A stretch of 53,860 nt of DNA, filler included, from Squatina squatina (GCA_031763465.1; 3 parts of 3 records of this genome joined end to end with filler, not necessarily neighbours in it), one strand, 5' to 3'. Positions 24,778-39,492 are shown, counted from the whole stretch's first letter. The notes: generated by a model not told the origin, from the letters alone. A program made the numbers and translations.

Positions 24778-25276
24778 CTGAAAATGAAGACCATACCATA
24801 TTCATTTGAGCAAAATGAGCAATTACTGCACAAACTAGGAAACATCTTAATCTTTAATTAAAATAATTCACAAGTTCACGTTCATCAACAGATTAATTTT
24901 GTACTACATTTCAGCCTTCTTTATTTATGACCAGAAGATTTAATTACTATATACAATAACAGGATGAGACTGTATGACCCAGTAATTCCTCAAGCCCCAC
25001 ACCATCGCCAGGGAAGGACATCCAGCCATTAGACTGACCCAGCAGTGACCACTCCCCAAATCCCAGGGAATGGGTAATCTGCATAAAGGGGGCAGGTGCT
25101 TATACCATTAATGGCACCTTCTGGGCATCTGTCCCGCATATTGGAACAGCATCAAGGGGCCAGTTAAAAAAGACTGTTAGGAAACTAGGCTTTGGCCTTG
25201 ATTTCCAAGCTCAGTTGCAAGAAAGGCAGAACTGGTGGAATTTCTGGTGGGTACATCGCACCAATTTCACCTCTTT

Positions 25277-25712
25277 GTGTGACATCAGGACATTGAGGGG
25301 CCGAAATTGACTCGTGCCGCATTGAGGCGCTTATGGGGCGGAAGCCGGCATTTCTCACACCGGTGTCCGCCCCGCCTGCCACAGAATTCATTGATTCGGG
25401 GCACATGCGAGCCCCAGCGTGCTCCCGGACACAACTGGGGCGCTGGCCTTTTACGTCGCTGGTGTGGCCTCAGCGCCACGCCAGTGACGTTAGAAGTGGC
25501 GCGTCAGTAGCACTCCCAGGCCTCCCTTAAAAGTGAGGGCCGCTGGCTATCCTGACAACATCCTGCAGCTCGACACTGGGCCACCAGGCATGCCAGGCGA
25601 GGGAATGGTGGCCCGATCCAGCCAAGGGCTGCCATCATTCGGTCGACAACAAAGTCGGCCGATAAATGAAATGCCGGTTGCAGGCACACAGGCCGTCCCC
25701 TTTAAGGGGGCC
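25277..25712. mobile_element. GC/CpG-rich DNA transposon end (Harbinger-like), truncated by gap
   Basis: Starts ggggccgaaattg with an abrupt CpG-rich composition shift; similar terminal motifs occur elsewhere in the window. Confidence 0.45.
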
Positions 25713-26008
25713 NNNNNNNNNNNNNNNNNNNNNNNNNNNNNNNNNNNNNNNNNNNNNNNNNNNNNNNNNNNNNNNNNNNNNNNNNNNNNNNNNNNNNNNN
25801 NNNNNNNNNNNNAATGTATTATCAATAATCCATTGGTTCCTCCTCATGATTTGCAAGATAAAAGCAGATGAAGAACAAACATGCAAAGAAAAAGGTGCAT
25901 AACTAGAGAAGGGAAGGCAAGAAAAATAATTTAAATACAAGTCAGGATAATAGGACAAATGAAAATGTCAAGAAAAAAGAAAAGGGCTCTTGTAGATATT
26001 TTTCTTAC

Positions 26009-26090
26009 CTTTACATAATTGCTTTCCTGCTTCATTACTTCAGGATGGATACAGAGCTGCTCTCTCGACCCAAGAACACAGACCCTCGGT
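26009..26090 (-). CDS. RTEL1: RTEL1 exon, Fe-S domain start
   Basis: atgtag|(R)[27 protein letters not shown]|gtaaga, 82 nt; includes the first Fe-S cysteine. Confidence 0.96.
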
Positions 26091-26960
26091 CTACATGGGT
26101 AAAGTGAATGAAATAAGGGACATTGCAATGATTTTGCCATTAATTCTAACCACCGAGTCTGTATTTTCCACCACACAGTATCTGCAAACGTTCATGAAAC
26201 ATAATTCGGAATATTTAAATAGGCTGCAGAGTGTGAATGTACAGCTCCTCAAGATGAAGTAACACAGGTTCAATGCCCACACAGTGCCAGGTGTCACCCA
26301 TCACCACCTTGACGTATCACACAAATTGCAAAATGAAAATCAGCAACAGGAAAGAAACAACCAATTAAAGCTCATTTGTTTGATGACTTGTAGCATCAAC
26401 TGCAATGCAAATAGAACGGATCATCCCACATACTGAAAGAACACCATTTTCTTTTTTAAAAAAAGGATTACCCTTTACCTGCCCCTAAACTGTCACATGT
26501 AGAACAGTTCACAGCAGCCTCCTGCAATAGAAGTTGAATACTACAACATAACTACCAGTTTACATTGGTCCTTTGGAATGTATATTATTTCTAGCTGGTC
26601 AAACCAAAGGTTCACAACATCAGATCAATTAAATTTTCAGTTTCAGAAAAATCTCAGTTAGTTTTGAATTAAAAAAAATACAAACATTTAACAAAAGGTA
26701 TTCTGACATGGCAAGATTTTGAAAGTTCACAATTGCAATCTCTTTACTGCAAGTAAAGGTGATATGCAAAAAAAAAGTCAATTAAATAACACTCATTATT
26801 AACAGTGCAAAGATTGTTTACACTCCATTTTTACACTCATGCGTGTTAATACAAAAAAAACTAGCAGTAATATTTCACTATCTTAAATATAACGGGTGCT
26901 GCCGAAGTTCAAAAAAATGACAGAGAAGATTAGTTGAGCTGCCACAAGAGAGGTACCTCA

Positions 26961-27140
<180 letters not shown>

Positions 27141-28444
27141 TTAAACACTAGTAAAGCAAGAAATAGGAGCAGGAGTAGGCCATTCGCCCCCTAAATCAAG
27201 AACCGTTAAAACTTCTAAACATGACAGGACAGTACTGACAACATGAGGCACCCGGGTCAGTCATGTATTTCTTTCTCCCTTTCTATTCGTGAAATCATTA
27301 TAATATGAGGACGGTCATTACACAACACAAGATTGTGCCTTCACTGCAAGTCTGAAAACAAAGGGGCTGTTAACTGCAGTTCTAATATAGGTGGGTGTTA
27401 ATAGACTGAGGAATTCTATTGGAATCAGAAGGCTCACTCACTTAATTTAGAAGCTTGGCTTCGAACAACATCAGTGCCACTTAATACCAGAAGCATATAA
27501 TAACTAAAACTGTGCCAAAGTAGGCAAAATTATAACAGGGGTGATATCATGCTATCAGGATACTTTGCTCAAAATTCAGGGATAGTTAATAGATTGTTCA
27601 TTCCTCCCTTCTCTGAACCCAATGGTAGCTGCCTCAAAATAAGAATTTGGCTTGCACATTGAACTGCTGGGTTTGTGGCAGCCAGCGGTAATCCCGACGG
27701 CTGATGAGAGGTTTAGCCGGGGGTTAGCAGCGACACTGAAAAGTAATGCACCACTTCTGCCGGCAGCGCGGTGCTCATCAGCGCACGGTGANNNNNNNNN
27801 NNNNNNNNNNNNNNNNNNNNNNNNNNNNNNNNNNNNNNNNNNNNNNNNNNNNNNNNNNNNNNNNNNNNNNNNNNNNNNNNNNNNNNNNNNNGACAAATTT
27901 TTTCTAAGTGTTGAAAAGGCTGACTTTAGCCTAAAGTGCTAAGACCAAAACTTAACGCCCAACTATTAATCTGTTAGCACCCGAAACTTAGGGCAATCGA
28001 ATTGGGCACCCTTAGTGTTGTAGGAGATTCATCATTCCAGTTTAGTCATTTTTGTTACCAACTCATGTTAATTATTTCAAAAATGATGTCTTACTAGCTA
28101 TGCAGATGTGGATTTCAGTCCTCATTTGCTAACTTCCATTTTCCAGCTGACAAGCCCCAGTAGATTTGTTTGTTCATCTTTTGTGCCTCCATTTATACCA
28201 AGCCTGGCATATTTTCTCCTTGAAACTGACAGTAAAACAGAGAATGACCAATGATATTTTTCTAGCTAATTGTTAGATTGTATAAAATTCTTGTCGGAAA
28301 ATGTGAAAAATACTCTTGTGCAGTGAATTAACCTTGACTGTTGTAGATTTTTACCTGAGCATGGCAATGTACAATGTCAAGGTCAAATATTTTTGGCAGC
28401 CTATTATTAATATAGCAAAACAGCATGAAGATGATATTAAATAA

Positions 28445-28512
28445 ATATATATATATATATATACCTACATATATAAACATATATATGTTTAGATAGATAT
28501 ATATATATCTAG
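28445..28512. repeat. Imperfect (AT)n microsatellite
   Basis: Visible TATATA runs. Confidence 0.85.
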
Positions 28513-31500
28513 ATGTGTATAGCACAGTGCAACGTTATGCAGTGCACAGGACTGAAAAGGTTAATGGAATTATATTATCCATCAGAAATACTTCAACAGC
28601 AGGAGTCTGGGCTAGCTATAGCACTTGAGAGTGGCTTTTGTATATATTATATTGTATATATTAATCCAGTGATCAACAATTTTCATTTTGATCACTCAAA
28701 GAAAATATTCTGTGAATGTGAAATATTTCACAAAATAATTCAGTGCCTTAAAATGATAATTTGTAACATCAAACAAGCTGAAAAAGCTATTGTCGGAATG
28801 TGCAATTGGTAGGGGAGTTTTGAGGTATACTACCTAATTCAAACTATTTTAAAAATACATTTGAAGACCGGCAGTTTTTGGATCATTAGCAAATTAATAT
28901 TCATTGTGCAGAGAAAGAGGCAGTACAGCAGTGACATCAAAGGACCATCAGAACCACTCAGATTTGTTGTTTCTAACTGGATACCTCTCCTCTTCCCCTT
29001 CTATTCTCTTTTGAGAATAGCCCAGTTCATTTCCTTTTTATATAGCTTTGAGGTAACCTAATAGATACTGAATGAGGAGATTTCCTTTTCCTCAGCTTTG
29101 TGGCTTCTAACTGCCATAGAAAGGTTTCTTCTGTCATATTGCCGAGGACAGTCTATTTCAGTTTCCTGGGTTGCTTATCACCAGACAAAGGTCTGTAGTT
29201 ATGTTGTTATCTGAGCAAAAATATCTGTTCAACAGCTTACAAGCTTGTTTTTTTTCCATTTAACCAACAAGTCCAAAGAGTCATTGGCTGGAATTTTCCG
29301 GGGGGTCAGTGGGCGAGGTCGGTGCTGGNNNNNNNNNNNNNNNNNNNNTGCCTGGAACGGGTGGGAAGTCAGCCGGCAGCAGTCAAATGAGGCCTGGGAT
29401 TTAAAACATGCAGGAACTGACATCAAAACTCATCTATCGAAAACTGTCCCCCAGTTAAAATTGGGCCTGTTGGAAATTGATCTCTAAATATCCTCTCATA
29501 AAAAGAAATATTATTATTTCAGAATGATGGATATTTTAATCGCAGAGTGGTTTTACTGTGCACAAATAGGAATTTACAACAAGTGATTATTTAAAAACCC
29601 TGTATTTTTATTTAATTGAAAATACATGTTGTAATTTAAAATTATAATGTATAGAAAAGTAGACGTGACTGCTAATAAACCAGAACCGTATTGTTTAAAT
29701 CGATGGAAAGCAGAAAGGAAATCATCAGCAATTTTTTTAGTATTCTACAAGCAGTGTGAGGCAAATATGACTTAATGCAGAAGGTTCCACCCAGCAGCCA
29801 TATTTCTTTGCTGGGTGGACTGTACATTGTAAAGGTACTATACAGCCTGAGGCTGTGCATGGGAGGAAATTGCCTTTCAAATACATTGGTCAGAAATAAC
29901 ACTGACATCAAGCACAGTGGGAGACAGAAGCCTACGTAGTTAGCAATTTGCAATGGAAATAGGCCATGGGATGTCATTGAAACTAGGTCAGTAAAATGTT
30001 TAAATGAGAAAAATTGTAATCAGGAGCCCTTCATTTTTCAAGCCAGTATTTACCAGGAAATGATATCTGAATTGAGATCTACCATTCTGCCAGGTCTCTT
30101 GTTTGATTTCCGTATATTTTTCATTAAATTTTAACTTCCATTTAAATAAGGATGCTTTGAATGTGCAAAGATTGTTTAATGAGGAACTATTTGCTATTTG
30201 TTTTGCTGAGACTATTTACCCATAGCAGCTAAGTCCCAGAATTATTTAACCTGCCTTGCTGATCTATGTTATAGAGAATTAATAGCTAATATGAACTGCT
30301 GGATAAAGATAATTAGTCTGTAGAGCTGGGGCTTCTTGGAATGTTTCTTTGTGGTACAAATAAAAAAACATCTATGAAAAAAAGCAGACCGTCTGTTGTG
30401 GAAAACTGAAACAATGGTGTTTTTGCAGTGTTGCTAGGGGGATGGGCAAGCCTTAATTCTTCTAGAATGAAATCTAACCCCAATGCAATATAGATAAGTA
30501 GAGGATAATAACTTGTGGTTGCAGTAGGCCTATTATTGCAGCACAAATCTACTTAGGTTTCCAGGAGCACCAAACAAACTTTTGTTTAGAGAGTTTATTT
30601 TAAAGAATATTAGATTTAGATGGTGAGAGAATGGCATGCTGGGTAAGTAGCGACAAATCCAACACCATCATGAATGATACAGAGGGCACTCTAGCAGAAT
30701 AGCTGCTTAGTGGCATTATTGATTAGTAAACAATAAAGAAAACCATGTTGTGTAATGAGGATCTCTGTATAGAACCTGGCACCTGACTCTGCAAAATCTC
30801 AAAGCAAATTCTCAGGTGAAAATGTGTGCACAGTTTGCAAAACTACAGAATACTTGGCATAAATTAAGTATCATGCTATAGGCGCTCTAGAATGCATGTA
30901 GCGATTTTACATTGTTGGGCCTCTGGTTCGTGAGCCACGTCTTTGGAAACTATATAGTTTGCTTTACAAAACACACAGCCAAAATGAAGACCAAGTGATA
31001 TTTATTTGTGAAAGTTTTTTTCTTTTTTTAAACACAGAACAATAAACTATGGAAACAATAAGTTACTAATTATTTTTTGGTAGATTGAAATTCTGTGTAC
31101 ACAAAATTAATAGAAATATGGAAATGTAAGCAATTTTTTGAGATGAAGAATATGTATGCAACCTATTGTGAAGATGGAAGGGATGCTAAATAAGCAAATA
31201 AAAATGCTAAAATGTTAAAATGCTTAAAATGGAATATTTATCTTTAAATTCTATGCTAGTAAAGTAAAAGTGACTTGCAATTATTTCATTCATTTGATCA
31301 ATTTTAGAAAAATCACTGATCTTCTATTTTCCAGAATTTTAGATGCATGAAAATAGTAGCAGACTTAGTGGCATTTATGTGGAGCATTTCCATGATTTGA
31401 GTTAATGATATAGAAGTCAACACACTTGTTTGATGTGGCGTAAACGTACGCGGTGTTGGGAAGAAATTAAAATATAAAGACTATTTATGGTAAAGAAACA

Positions 31501-32684
31501 GTTAGTTTGCTGTCATTAATGACAAAGAAGGTTTGCGGTATCTGCAGTGTCTGGCTAGATTTGCAGGCCGTGTCGTCACAGCTGAAACCTGCACCAAGCT
31601 GAGGCAGTGTCTGTGAGTGTCAAATCACTTCTACTGCAGTCTGTGGTGCAAAACAAGAGGGGGGTCTTATAATAAAACGCCTGGAGGTTTAATGAGTGTT
31701 TTATATTTTAAGCAAAGCATCATAATTTATCTGTTTACCATTTTGTACAGTCGTAGATCTCCCACTTAGATTTTTTAAATAATATTGGTGCATGCAGTCA
31801 GTAATTTTCCCTGTTTATGATATTGTATCTGAGAAAAACATGTTCCGATTATTACTTTATTTATATTGAAGCACTCATTAGATACATTAGATACTGATGC
31901 TGTACTGCATGGTTTAAGGCTTGTTACTGCAAATGGCAGAAAACATGACTGTCCAGTAACTATTATGTTTTGCAGTATTTTTCTTGAAAGCTTTCATTTT
32001 ATTAAAAATAAGAAACACCATTAGGTTCTATAGCTAAGGCATGCTTATAATTAGCTACCTTCTTGCAATTTTTACTTTACAATATTTAGCTGTGCAGACC
32101 TTTAAAAATCATTTTTAGATGCTAAGCAACAGGAAAAAAATCCATATTGAGAAAGCTATGAAGGGCATTCCGTACTCAGGGGGCTAATGTGAATATTTGT
32201 CTAGGTTAATTGTCTTATGTTAAAATAATTTCCTAAAAATTCATAAAACACAGAGCTTCTGCCAACATTTTTAATTTATTTTCTTCTTTCCTTCATTTCC
32301 TTTTCCCTTTTTATGTATGCTTATTCTATCAAATGCATATTTGCATTTTAATCAAGAAATATTGATTTGGTTACTCTAAACTNNNNNNNNNNNNNNNNNN
32401 NNNNNNNNNNNNNNNNNNNNNNNNNNNNNNNNNNNNNNNNNNNNNNNNNNNNNNNNNNNNNNNNNNNNNNNNNNNNNNNNNNATACTGCGCATACTACCA
32501 ATGGTGTCAGTACGCATTTATGTTGTTAGAAAATATAAATTAAAGAGTTAAATGGAAACTAGAGGGTTTGCGTGTTCTAAAGGTTCCGATATGATGAGGC
32601 ACTTCTAAACAAAATGACGTGTGAATTGGAGAAGTGAGATTATTAATTTGTTCCAATGAGAATACCAAGCTCCCTGATGGTAAT

Positions 32685-32990
32685 GGTAGTGTGTAACTGA
32701 GCTATACAGACCAGGTCTGACCTCCACTGGCTAATGCCATAATTAGCCTCAGCACCTCTTGGTTAGAGAATAGAAAATTGGCCAGGATTCCTGCTTCTGA
32801 TCGGTATCCAGCAGGCCTTCTGGAAAGCACACATGTGTGAATATCAGATAAGACTCGGATCAGGCTTGACTGCGATGCCCCCCACATTAAATCGCCTGTG
32901 ACCACAAATACTCTACTCACATATAAATGGGCATTTGGGGGAAGGGGTTAATTGCAGGTGACTGGCAGCTGTGGAACCTTTATCCAGCAG
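32685..32990 (+). mobile_element. Old SINE-like interspersed repeat
   Basis: Aligns by eye to the reverse complement of ~17220-17345 (caggattcc...ctggaaag...aggcttg..tg.gatgccc) and weakly to 1-130. Confidence 0.45.
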
Positions 32991-34040
32991 GAGACAACCT
33001 ACTCAGATGAGGTAGTGAGATAATGGGAGAACGCCGGTAAAAATATCGTGCCAATTTGTTCTGAGAATCACCAGCTCAATTCAGATTGCAAATGGAGATG
33101 ACAAGAAATCAGACAAACTGGTTTCTGTTGTTCTTTCGGGTTTTTATTATCTGTTTGCAATCATTTTGTTGTTGAATCATTACAGTTCTTGAATTTTTTG
33201 TGCTTCATCTTGGAAGCACTATATTGATGGTGGCGTAGATTGAGAGCTCTGCATTACAACATTCCTTCTCAAGAAGTCTTTAACTGCTATGCAGCATTTC
33301 TTCATATTGCTGCGGTTGTAGTAGAATGTCTTTCAAAGTACATAGAACAAGAAACAATTAGCAACTATCAGATGGGGACATAGGTAGAGACAAGCATAGA
33401 ATTACATGGAATATACGGCATGGAAACAGGCCATTCGGCCCAACCAGTCCATGCCAGCATTTATTCATAGAAACATAGAAAATAGGAGCAGGAGTAGGCC
33501 ATTCGGCCCTTCAAGCCTGCTCCGCCATTCAATATGATCATGNNNNNNNNNNNNNNNNNNNNNNNNNNNNNNNNNNNNNNNNNNNNNNNNNNNNNNNNNN
33601 NNNNNNNNNNNNNNNNNNNNNNNNNNNNNNNNNNNNNNNNNNGGCTCGAGGGGCCAAATAGCCTACTCCTGCCCCTATTTCTTATGTTCTTATGTAAAGT
33701 TATAGCAGACAACCAGAAGAACCCCCATGGAATTTCACCCCCATTGTATACTTTTTCCTTAGATATCCACATAAAAGAGCAAAACAAAAGATATAACATT
33801 TTTAAAAACAAACTCCAAATTCTTATCTATCAATTACAAAGAACAGAGCAAAACAGTTGATTTAAAATTAATGTAGAAATGTTTCATCCTGGACCATGCT
33901 TTAATAATTTAGCAGGTTATATGAAGGAATAGGAGACTTGAGTTTAACTCTCACTTCATGCTTCAATTTGCTGGCAGTACCCTGTTCCAAATTTGCTAGA
34001 GCATTCATTGTACTCTTCTTAATGTCTCTTCCTCCTTCAG

Positions 34041-34210
34041 ATATGGAAGTGAAACCAATTAACAAGCGTGCATCTGGACAAGCTTTTGAAGTGATCCTGA
34101 AGCCCCAAACCACTGATTTGTCACCTGAACAACCTGTTTCACCAAAGAAGAAGGAAATCTCTTTGGAGGAACTCCAGAACCAGCTGGATGCTGCTGAGGA
34201 CAGGAGAAAG
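34041..34210 (+). CDS. STMN3: Stathmin-3 (SCLIP), stathmin-like domain exon
   Basis: ccttcag|(D)MEVKPINKRASGQAFEVILKPQTTDLSPEQPVSPKKKEISLEELQNQLDAAEDRRK|gtaaac, 170 nt. DLSPE and the divergent position relative to RTEL1 indicate STMN3. Confidence 0.88.
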
Positions 34211-34587
34211 GTAAACGACAATGCCAGAGGTGCAACATTTCCCATCCCTCCCCCCCACCACCCAGTCTCCCCATAGATAATATTATTAAGTCTCCAGTAT
34301 CACACAGGCATGTGGATTTGAAAGTCAGTCTGTCCGATTGTAGTCACAATTTAGTAGAAAATGTCACCTCTACACTACTGTTCATAGTACATTACAGCAC
34401 AGAAGGAGGCCATTCTGCCCATCGTGCCTGTGCCGGCACTTTGAAAGAGCTATACAATTGGTCCCACATCCCTGTACTTTCCCCATAGCCCTTCAAATTT
34501 TCCCCTTCAAGTATATGTCCAATTCCCTTTTGAAAGTTATTACTGAATCTGTTTCCACTGCCCTTTCAAGCAATGCATTCCAGATCA

Positions 34588-34687
34588 NNNNNNNNNNNNN
34601 NNNNNNNNNNNNNNNNNNNNNNNNNNNNNNNTTAATTAATTAANNNNNNNNNNNNNNNNNNNNNNNNNNNNNNNNNNNNNNNNNNNN
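34588..34687. other. Artificial scaffold linker N44-TTAATTAATTAA-N44
   Basis: Identical to the linker at 16105-16204. Confidence 0.95.
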
Positions 34688-36420
34688 ATCTACCCTATCA
34701 AATCCTTGAAACATTTTAAGCACCTCGATCAGATCACCCCTCAATCTTCCAAACTCAAGGGAATACAAGCCCAGTCTGTGCAACTATGTAAACCTGTCCT
34801 CATAATCTAACCCTCTATGCCCCAGTATCACTCTGGTGAATCTGCACTGCAGCCCTTCCAAGGCCAATATGTCTCTCAACTTGTCGATACCAGCAGATCT
34901 TGGTATTCTGATTCACCAATGAACTAACATGCTAAAAGCAACCTTTTCCAAATCTCCAGACCTGCAAAATTCAAACAGGACACGCCAGCCAGTGAGAAAT
35001 AAAGAAGCGAATTGGCCCGAGTTGCCAGGACCTCGGGGGCCTGATTACCAGGACCCATGGTCCATATGTGGCCTGGGGGCCGCAGATCGGGCATTTCTGG
35101 GGAGAAATACGACACGTGCCCTAAACAGGCGGCAACGCAGTGGAGCAATTGCTACATGCACTGGTCCATGCCAGTTAAATCCCATCATCGGGCCTCACTG
35201 GGATGGAAGCGGTGAGCTGTCGGAGCTAAGCAGGTGTCCCGATGAAGCTCGCCAGTCACTGGCGGGAGTGAGGGGAGAGTGAGACATAGCCAAGGTGGGG
35301 GCGAGAGCTCAGGCTGGCAGCAGTCCACGGTGTTTTTTCTGGAACTAGCGCTCCTACTCCTTCTGGCTGCTTTAAAATATAACCTTGAAAAGGTGTTGTG
35401 GCTGTTTACATCGGCAGCCCTTTAAGTGCTAGTGGTTAGGCCGACCCACTTATTTATGCTTGAATGTTGCATGGGGCTCGATAGCAGGCAGGGNNNNNNN
35501 NNNNNNNNNNNNNNNNNNNNNNNNNNNNNNNNNNNNNNNNNNNNNNNNNNNNNNNNNNNNNNNNNNNNNNNNNNNNNNNNNNNNNNNNNNNNNNNNNNNN
35601 NNNNNNNNNNNNNNNNNNNNNNNNNNNNNNNNNNNNNNNNNNNNNNNNNNNNNNNNNNNNNNNNNNNNNNNNNNNNNNNNNNNNNNNNNNNNNNNNNNNN
35701 NNNNNNNNNNNNNNNNNNNNNNNNNNNNNNNNNNNNNNNNNNNNNNNNNNNNNNNNNNNNNNNNNNNNNNNNNNNNNNNNNNNNNNNNNNNNNNNNNNNN
35801 NNNNNNNNNNNNNNNNNNNNNNNNNNNNNNNNNNNNNNNNNNNNNNNNNNNNNNNNNNNNNNNNNNNNNNNNNNNNNNNNNNNNNNNNNNNNNNNNNNNN
35901 NNNNNNNNNNNNNNNNNNNNNNNNNNNNNNNNNNNNNNNNNNNNNNNNNNNNNNNNNNNNNNNNNNNNNNNNNNNNNNNNNNNNNNNNNNNNNNNNNNNN
36001 NNNNNNNNNNNNNNNNNNNNNNNNNNNNNNNNNNNNNNNNNNNNNNNNNNNNNNNNNNNNNNNNNNNNNNNNNNNNNNNNNNNNNNNNNNNNNNNNNNNN
36101 NNNNNNNNNNNNNNNNNNNNNNNNNNNNNNNNNNNNNNNNNNNNNNNNNNNNNNNNNNNNNNNNNNNNNNNNNNNNNNNNNNNNNNNNNNNNNNNNNNNN
36201 NNNNNNNNNNNNNNNNNNNNNNNNNNNNNNNNNNNNNNNNNNNNNNNNNNNNNNNNNNNNNNNNNNNNNNNNNNNNNNNNNNNNNNNNNNNNNNNNNNNN
36301 NNNNNNNNNNNNNNNNNNNNNNNNNNNNNNNNNNNNNNNNNNNNNNNNNNNNNNNNNNNNNNNNNNNNNNNNNNNNNNNNNNNNNNNNNNNNNNNNNNNN
36401 NNNNNNNNNNNNNNNNNNNN

Positions 36421-36505
36421 TCCTACTCTTTGTTTCCTGTCTGCCAACCAGTTCTCTATCCATGTCAGTACCTTACCCCCAATCCTATGTGCTTTAACTT
36501 TGTAT
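36421..36505 (-). mobile_element. CR1 reverse transcriptase fragment (rest in 927-N gap)
   Basis: YKVKAHRIGGKVLTWIENWLADRKQRVG, a CR1 RT motif. Confidence 0.88.
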
Positions 36506-36831
36506 GCTAACATCGCTTCTAACATTAAAAATTGGCTGGCAAGAAAGCCAAGCTGTGTGCACAGGCTGAAGTGTAAATGTATAGAGCTCCACTCTCCCTG
36601 CACCTTGGTATCAGTCAGTCTACACTACAACCGAGGCCTGCCCAGCAACAAGTCACGGCCGACAGATACCCAGCTCAGATCGGCAGCAGCAGTACCATAC
36701 TCTGGACAAAAATACACCTGACTTTTTTTTTTAAAAAGGAGAAAAAGATTTTGTTCTTTTGTACAGGCAATTGGAAAATGCAATTTCTACGACATACACC
36801 TTGGTAAAATGATACCATGGGAGGAGGGAGT

Positions 36832-37014
36832 GGTCAATTTTAACCTAATCCGCCTGCCAGGAAACCGATGGAATCGGGTGCAATGTTGCTTTTTGCACCC
36901 GCTTGATATCGTACCCCATTGAAGTCAATGAAGAGTAATATTGGGAGGGGTGTAAAACCAGCATCCCACCCGATCCCATGGGATTCCTGCCTGGGGAGTT
37001 CGGTTAAAATTTCC
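36832..37014. mobile_element. Palindromic MITE
   Basis: Arms ggtcaattttaacc / ggttaaaatttcc with centre cattgaagtcaatg; a half copy lies at ~44061-44132. Confidence 0.7.
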
Positions 37015-38182
37015 TCGCGCAAGTCCAGAACACCGATGGACAGCTGTCCATCAGGACAAACGCTTTTAATATGTTTCGTTGCTAATCTCAGATGGATTCC
37101 AACTGCTGCAGCTCTTTGTGGAATTTAGGTCCAGTCAATTATGTTTAAAAACCAACATAGTGATGTGACAGCCTGCCTATGTGCCAGTGGAAGGCATTGC
37201 AGCCTGTTAAAACGGCAATATGAATTTATCTGAAATCTGCAGCAGACAGTGAAAGTGGTAGACAGATAAACTGAGAGTCCTGTAAATTTGACGGCAAAGT
37301 AACAACACCAAACAGAAAATTCATTCACTACTGACTACAACCTTTAGGGCCCCCAGAGAAGCAACATTTCAGTTTGGACTGCAGGTGTCGAAGGTCATAA
37401 CATCTCAAATATGCAGAAAATCAGTCAAAGGTATGACTTTCCTGGGGAAAAATCACGCAGCAGTTTGAAAGTGTCCTTTCACATCCTGCAAGAAATCCCA
37501 GGGGCCAGGTTCTTCCCCCAGAATCAAGCAACATTTAACTTAAAACCAAAGANNNNNNNNNNNNNNNNNNNNNNNNNNNNNNNNNNNNNNNNNNNNNNNN
37601 NNNNNNNNNNNNNNNNNNNNNNNNNNNNNNNNNNNNNNNNNNNNNNNNNNNNCCGTTAAGCAGCCTTAGCAACGACAGGTAAGCCGAGCGGGCCTCGCCA
37701 GTGACCCGCGCTCCAATTCCGGATGCACTCGCCGGCAATGCAGAAGGCGGTCATGGGCCGGTGTTGTGGGGATTAAGCAAAAGGCAAAAAATTTGCTTAG
37801 CGCTGCTTTAGCGCCCGGGTAGCGCACTGTTCGGTGCTACCACGTGTCTGAAGCAGACCAATTGGGCCCCCTATGACTCTATGACTATGACTCCTGCTTC
37901 CTGTAAAGCACATGTTTCCTGCTGCAGAACTTGTTATCAACTGACCGAAGTTCTCTGCACTGGAAGGTCTTTTAATTAGGTTTATTGTCTGAACTAACCA
38001 GCTTTAAGGTCAGTCTTAATACAACAGTTCAGTGGCCAGTGCCTCTAAATTGACTTATACTTCTCTACTCATCAGGCAAAAGCTAAAGGTTATTCTCACT
38101 ACAATTTAAAAAGAAATCAATCACAGTATACCATTAGCAGATATCAGGGCAATCTGATTGGCTCTTTCCTTACAGAAACGCT

Positions 38183-38454
38183 TGGGTTGCCAACCCTCCA
38201 GGATTGCCCTGAAGTCTTCAGGAATTAGAGATTAATCTTCAGGACACTGCTGCGAGCAATACTTGGGAGAAACATCATATATGCATTTAAAACAATGTTA
38301 TGCTTTTTAATTTTCTTTGGACATTTTTGTTTATTAGTTTAGAAATATTGAGAGTCGGGAAAAAAAAGGCTCTTTGATTATACAGGGCCGTTGGAGGTAG
38401 AAGGTCTTGTGAAGAAGCCTCCAGGAATATGTCCAACCAGAGTTGGCAACCCTA
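38183..38454. mobile_element. hAT-type MITE (TIR GGGTTGCCAAC)
   Basis: gggttgccaac ... gttggcaacccta; an inverted sister copy lies at 39493-39833. Confidence 0.75.
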
Positions 38455-39492
38455 GAACCACGCCAAGCTTTAAGAGAACATTCCCTATCGATTACCTCAG
38501 CCTAGCAGCAATGGAGATCCTATTTGAGAGCCTCCAAGCCAGTAAGAAATTTGTTCTGTGGTGTGAAATCATACTGTGCTGGACGAGTGTATGAATGCTT
38601 AGCACCTTCACAATGAAAATGCTTTGTTCACTATTTGAACAGAGACATGAACCTGTTTGAAAGAACAGAAGTTCACACCAATGCATTAAGTGTTTATGCA
38701 TTTCTATCACACAACCTGAATTCACCACATGCAAAAACACCTCAAAGAAGTATTCTCCTCATACTTTCTTCTGTATAGCAAGAGAGAACTTTGAACAAAA
38801 CTATTCCCCCTAGAATCTCCTTCCTTTTAATCTTACATTCAAGTAACAAAATACCACAATTGGGACAACTGAGAAGCTGTTTGCATTTTAGACCAATCAC
38901 TCGTGACCGNNNNNNNNNNCACAATCCTCCCTTGGGTTTCTACCAATTGACCAATAATAGGTATCCCTGTGTAAATTAACTAGAACTATCTCTACTTTTA
39001 GCTGTTCTGCTACCTATTGATTATTAATTGCATTATTAAATGGCTAACAACGGCAATCTCCACTTTTCTTCTGTGGACGACTCATCCACTGCAAACAAGC
39101 AGACTAATTATTAGCAAAGCAAACACTCTGAGCTAATTAGATCTGAACCTATGGACCATCTATTACTAATAGGTTTAACCTGAGTAACAGTTCTTAGTGA
39201 GAAAATATATGCAGAAGACAAGCATTTATTACAAATTCTGTGCTGGGAGNNNNNNNNNNNNNNNNNNNNNNNNNNNNNNNNNNNNNNNNNNNNNNNNNNN
39301 NNNNNNNNNNNNNNNNNNNNNNNNNNNNNNNNNNNNNNNNNNNNNNNNNGTCCGAAAGCAGCTCAGGGACACAGGTGGACGGGGGAGTGGGGGAGAATAG
39401 GAAAGAAGGTGACCCCACTACGATGAACTCTCCAGCAGCTCATTGCACTTTCTGTGCAGTGTGCGTAGTTTACGCTCTGGCTAGCCCGACAT

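Noticed and set aside
33466-33695. Inverted CR1 tails flanking a gap (also 47970-48625)
   Set aside because: Contigs break at repeats and the true spacing is unknown.
27900-34000. STMN3 exons 1-2 and an RE1/NRSE site
   Set aside because: No AYKEKMKEL-type exon or convincing RE1 match was found by eye; they probably lie in gaps.
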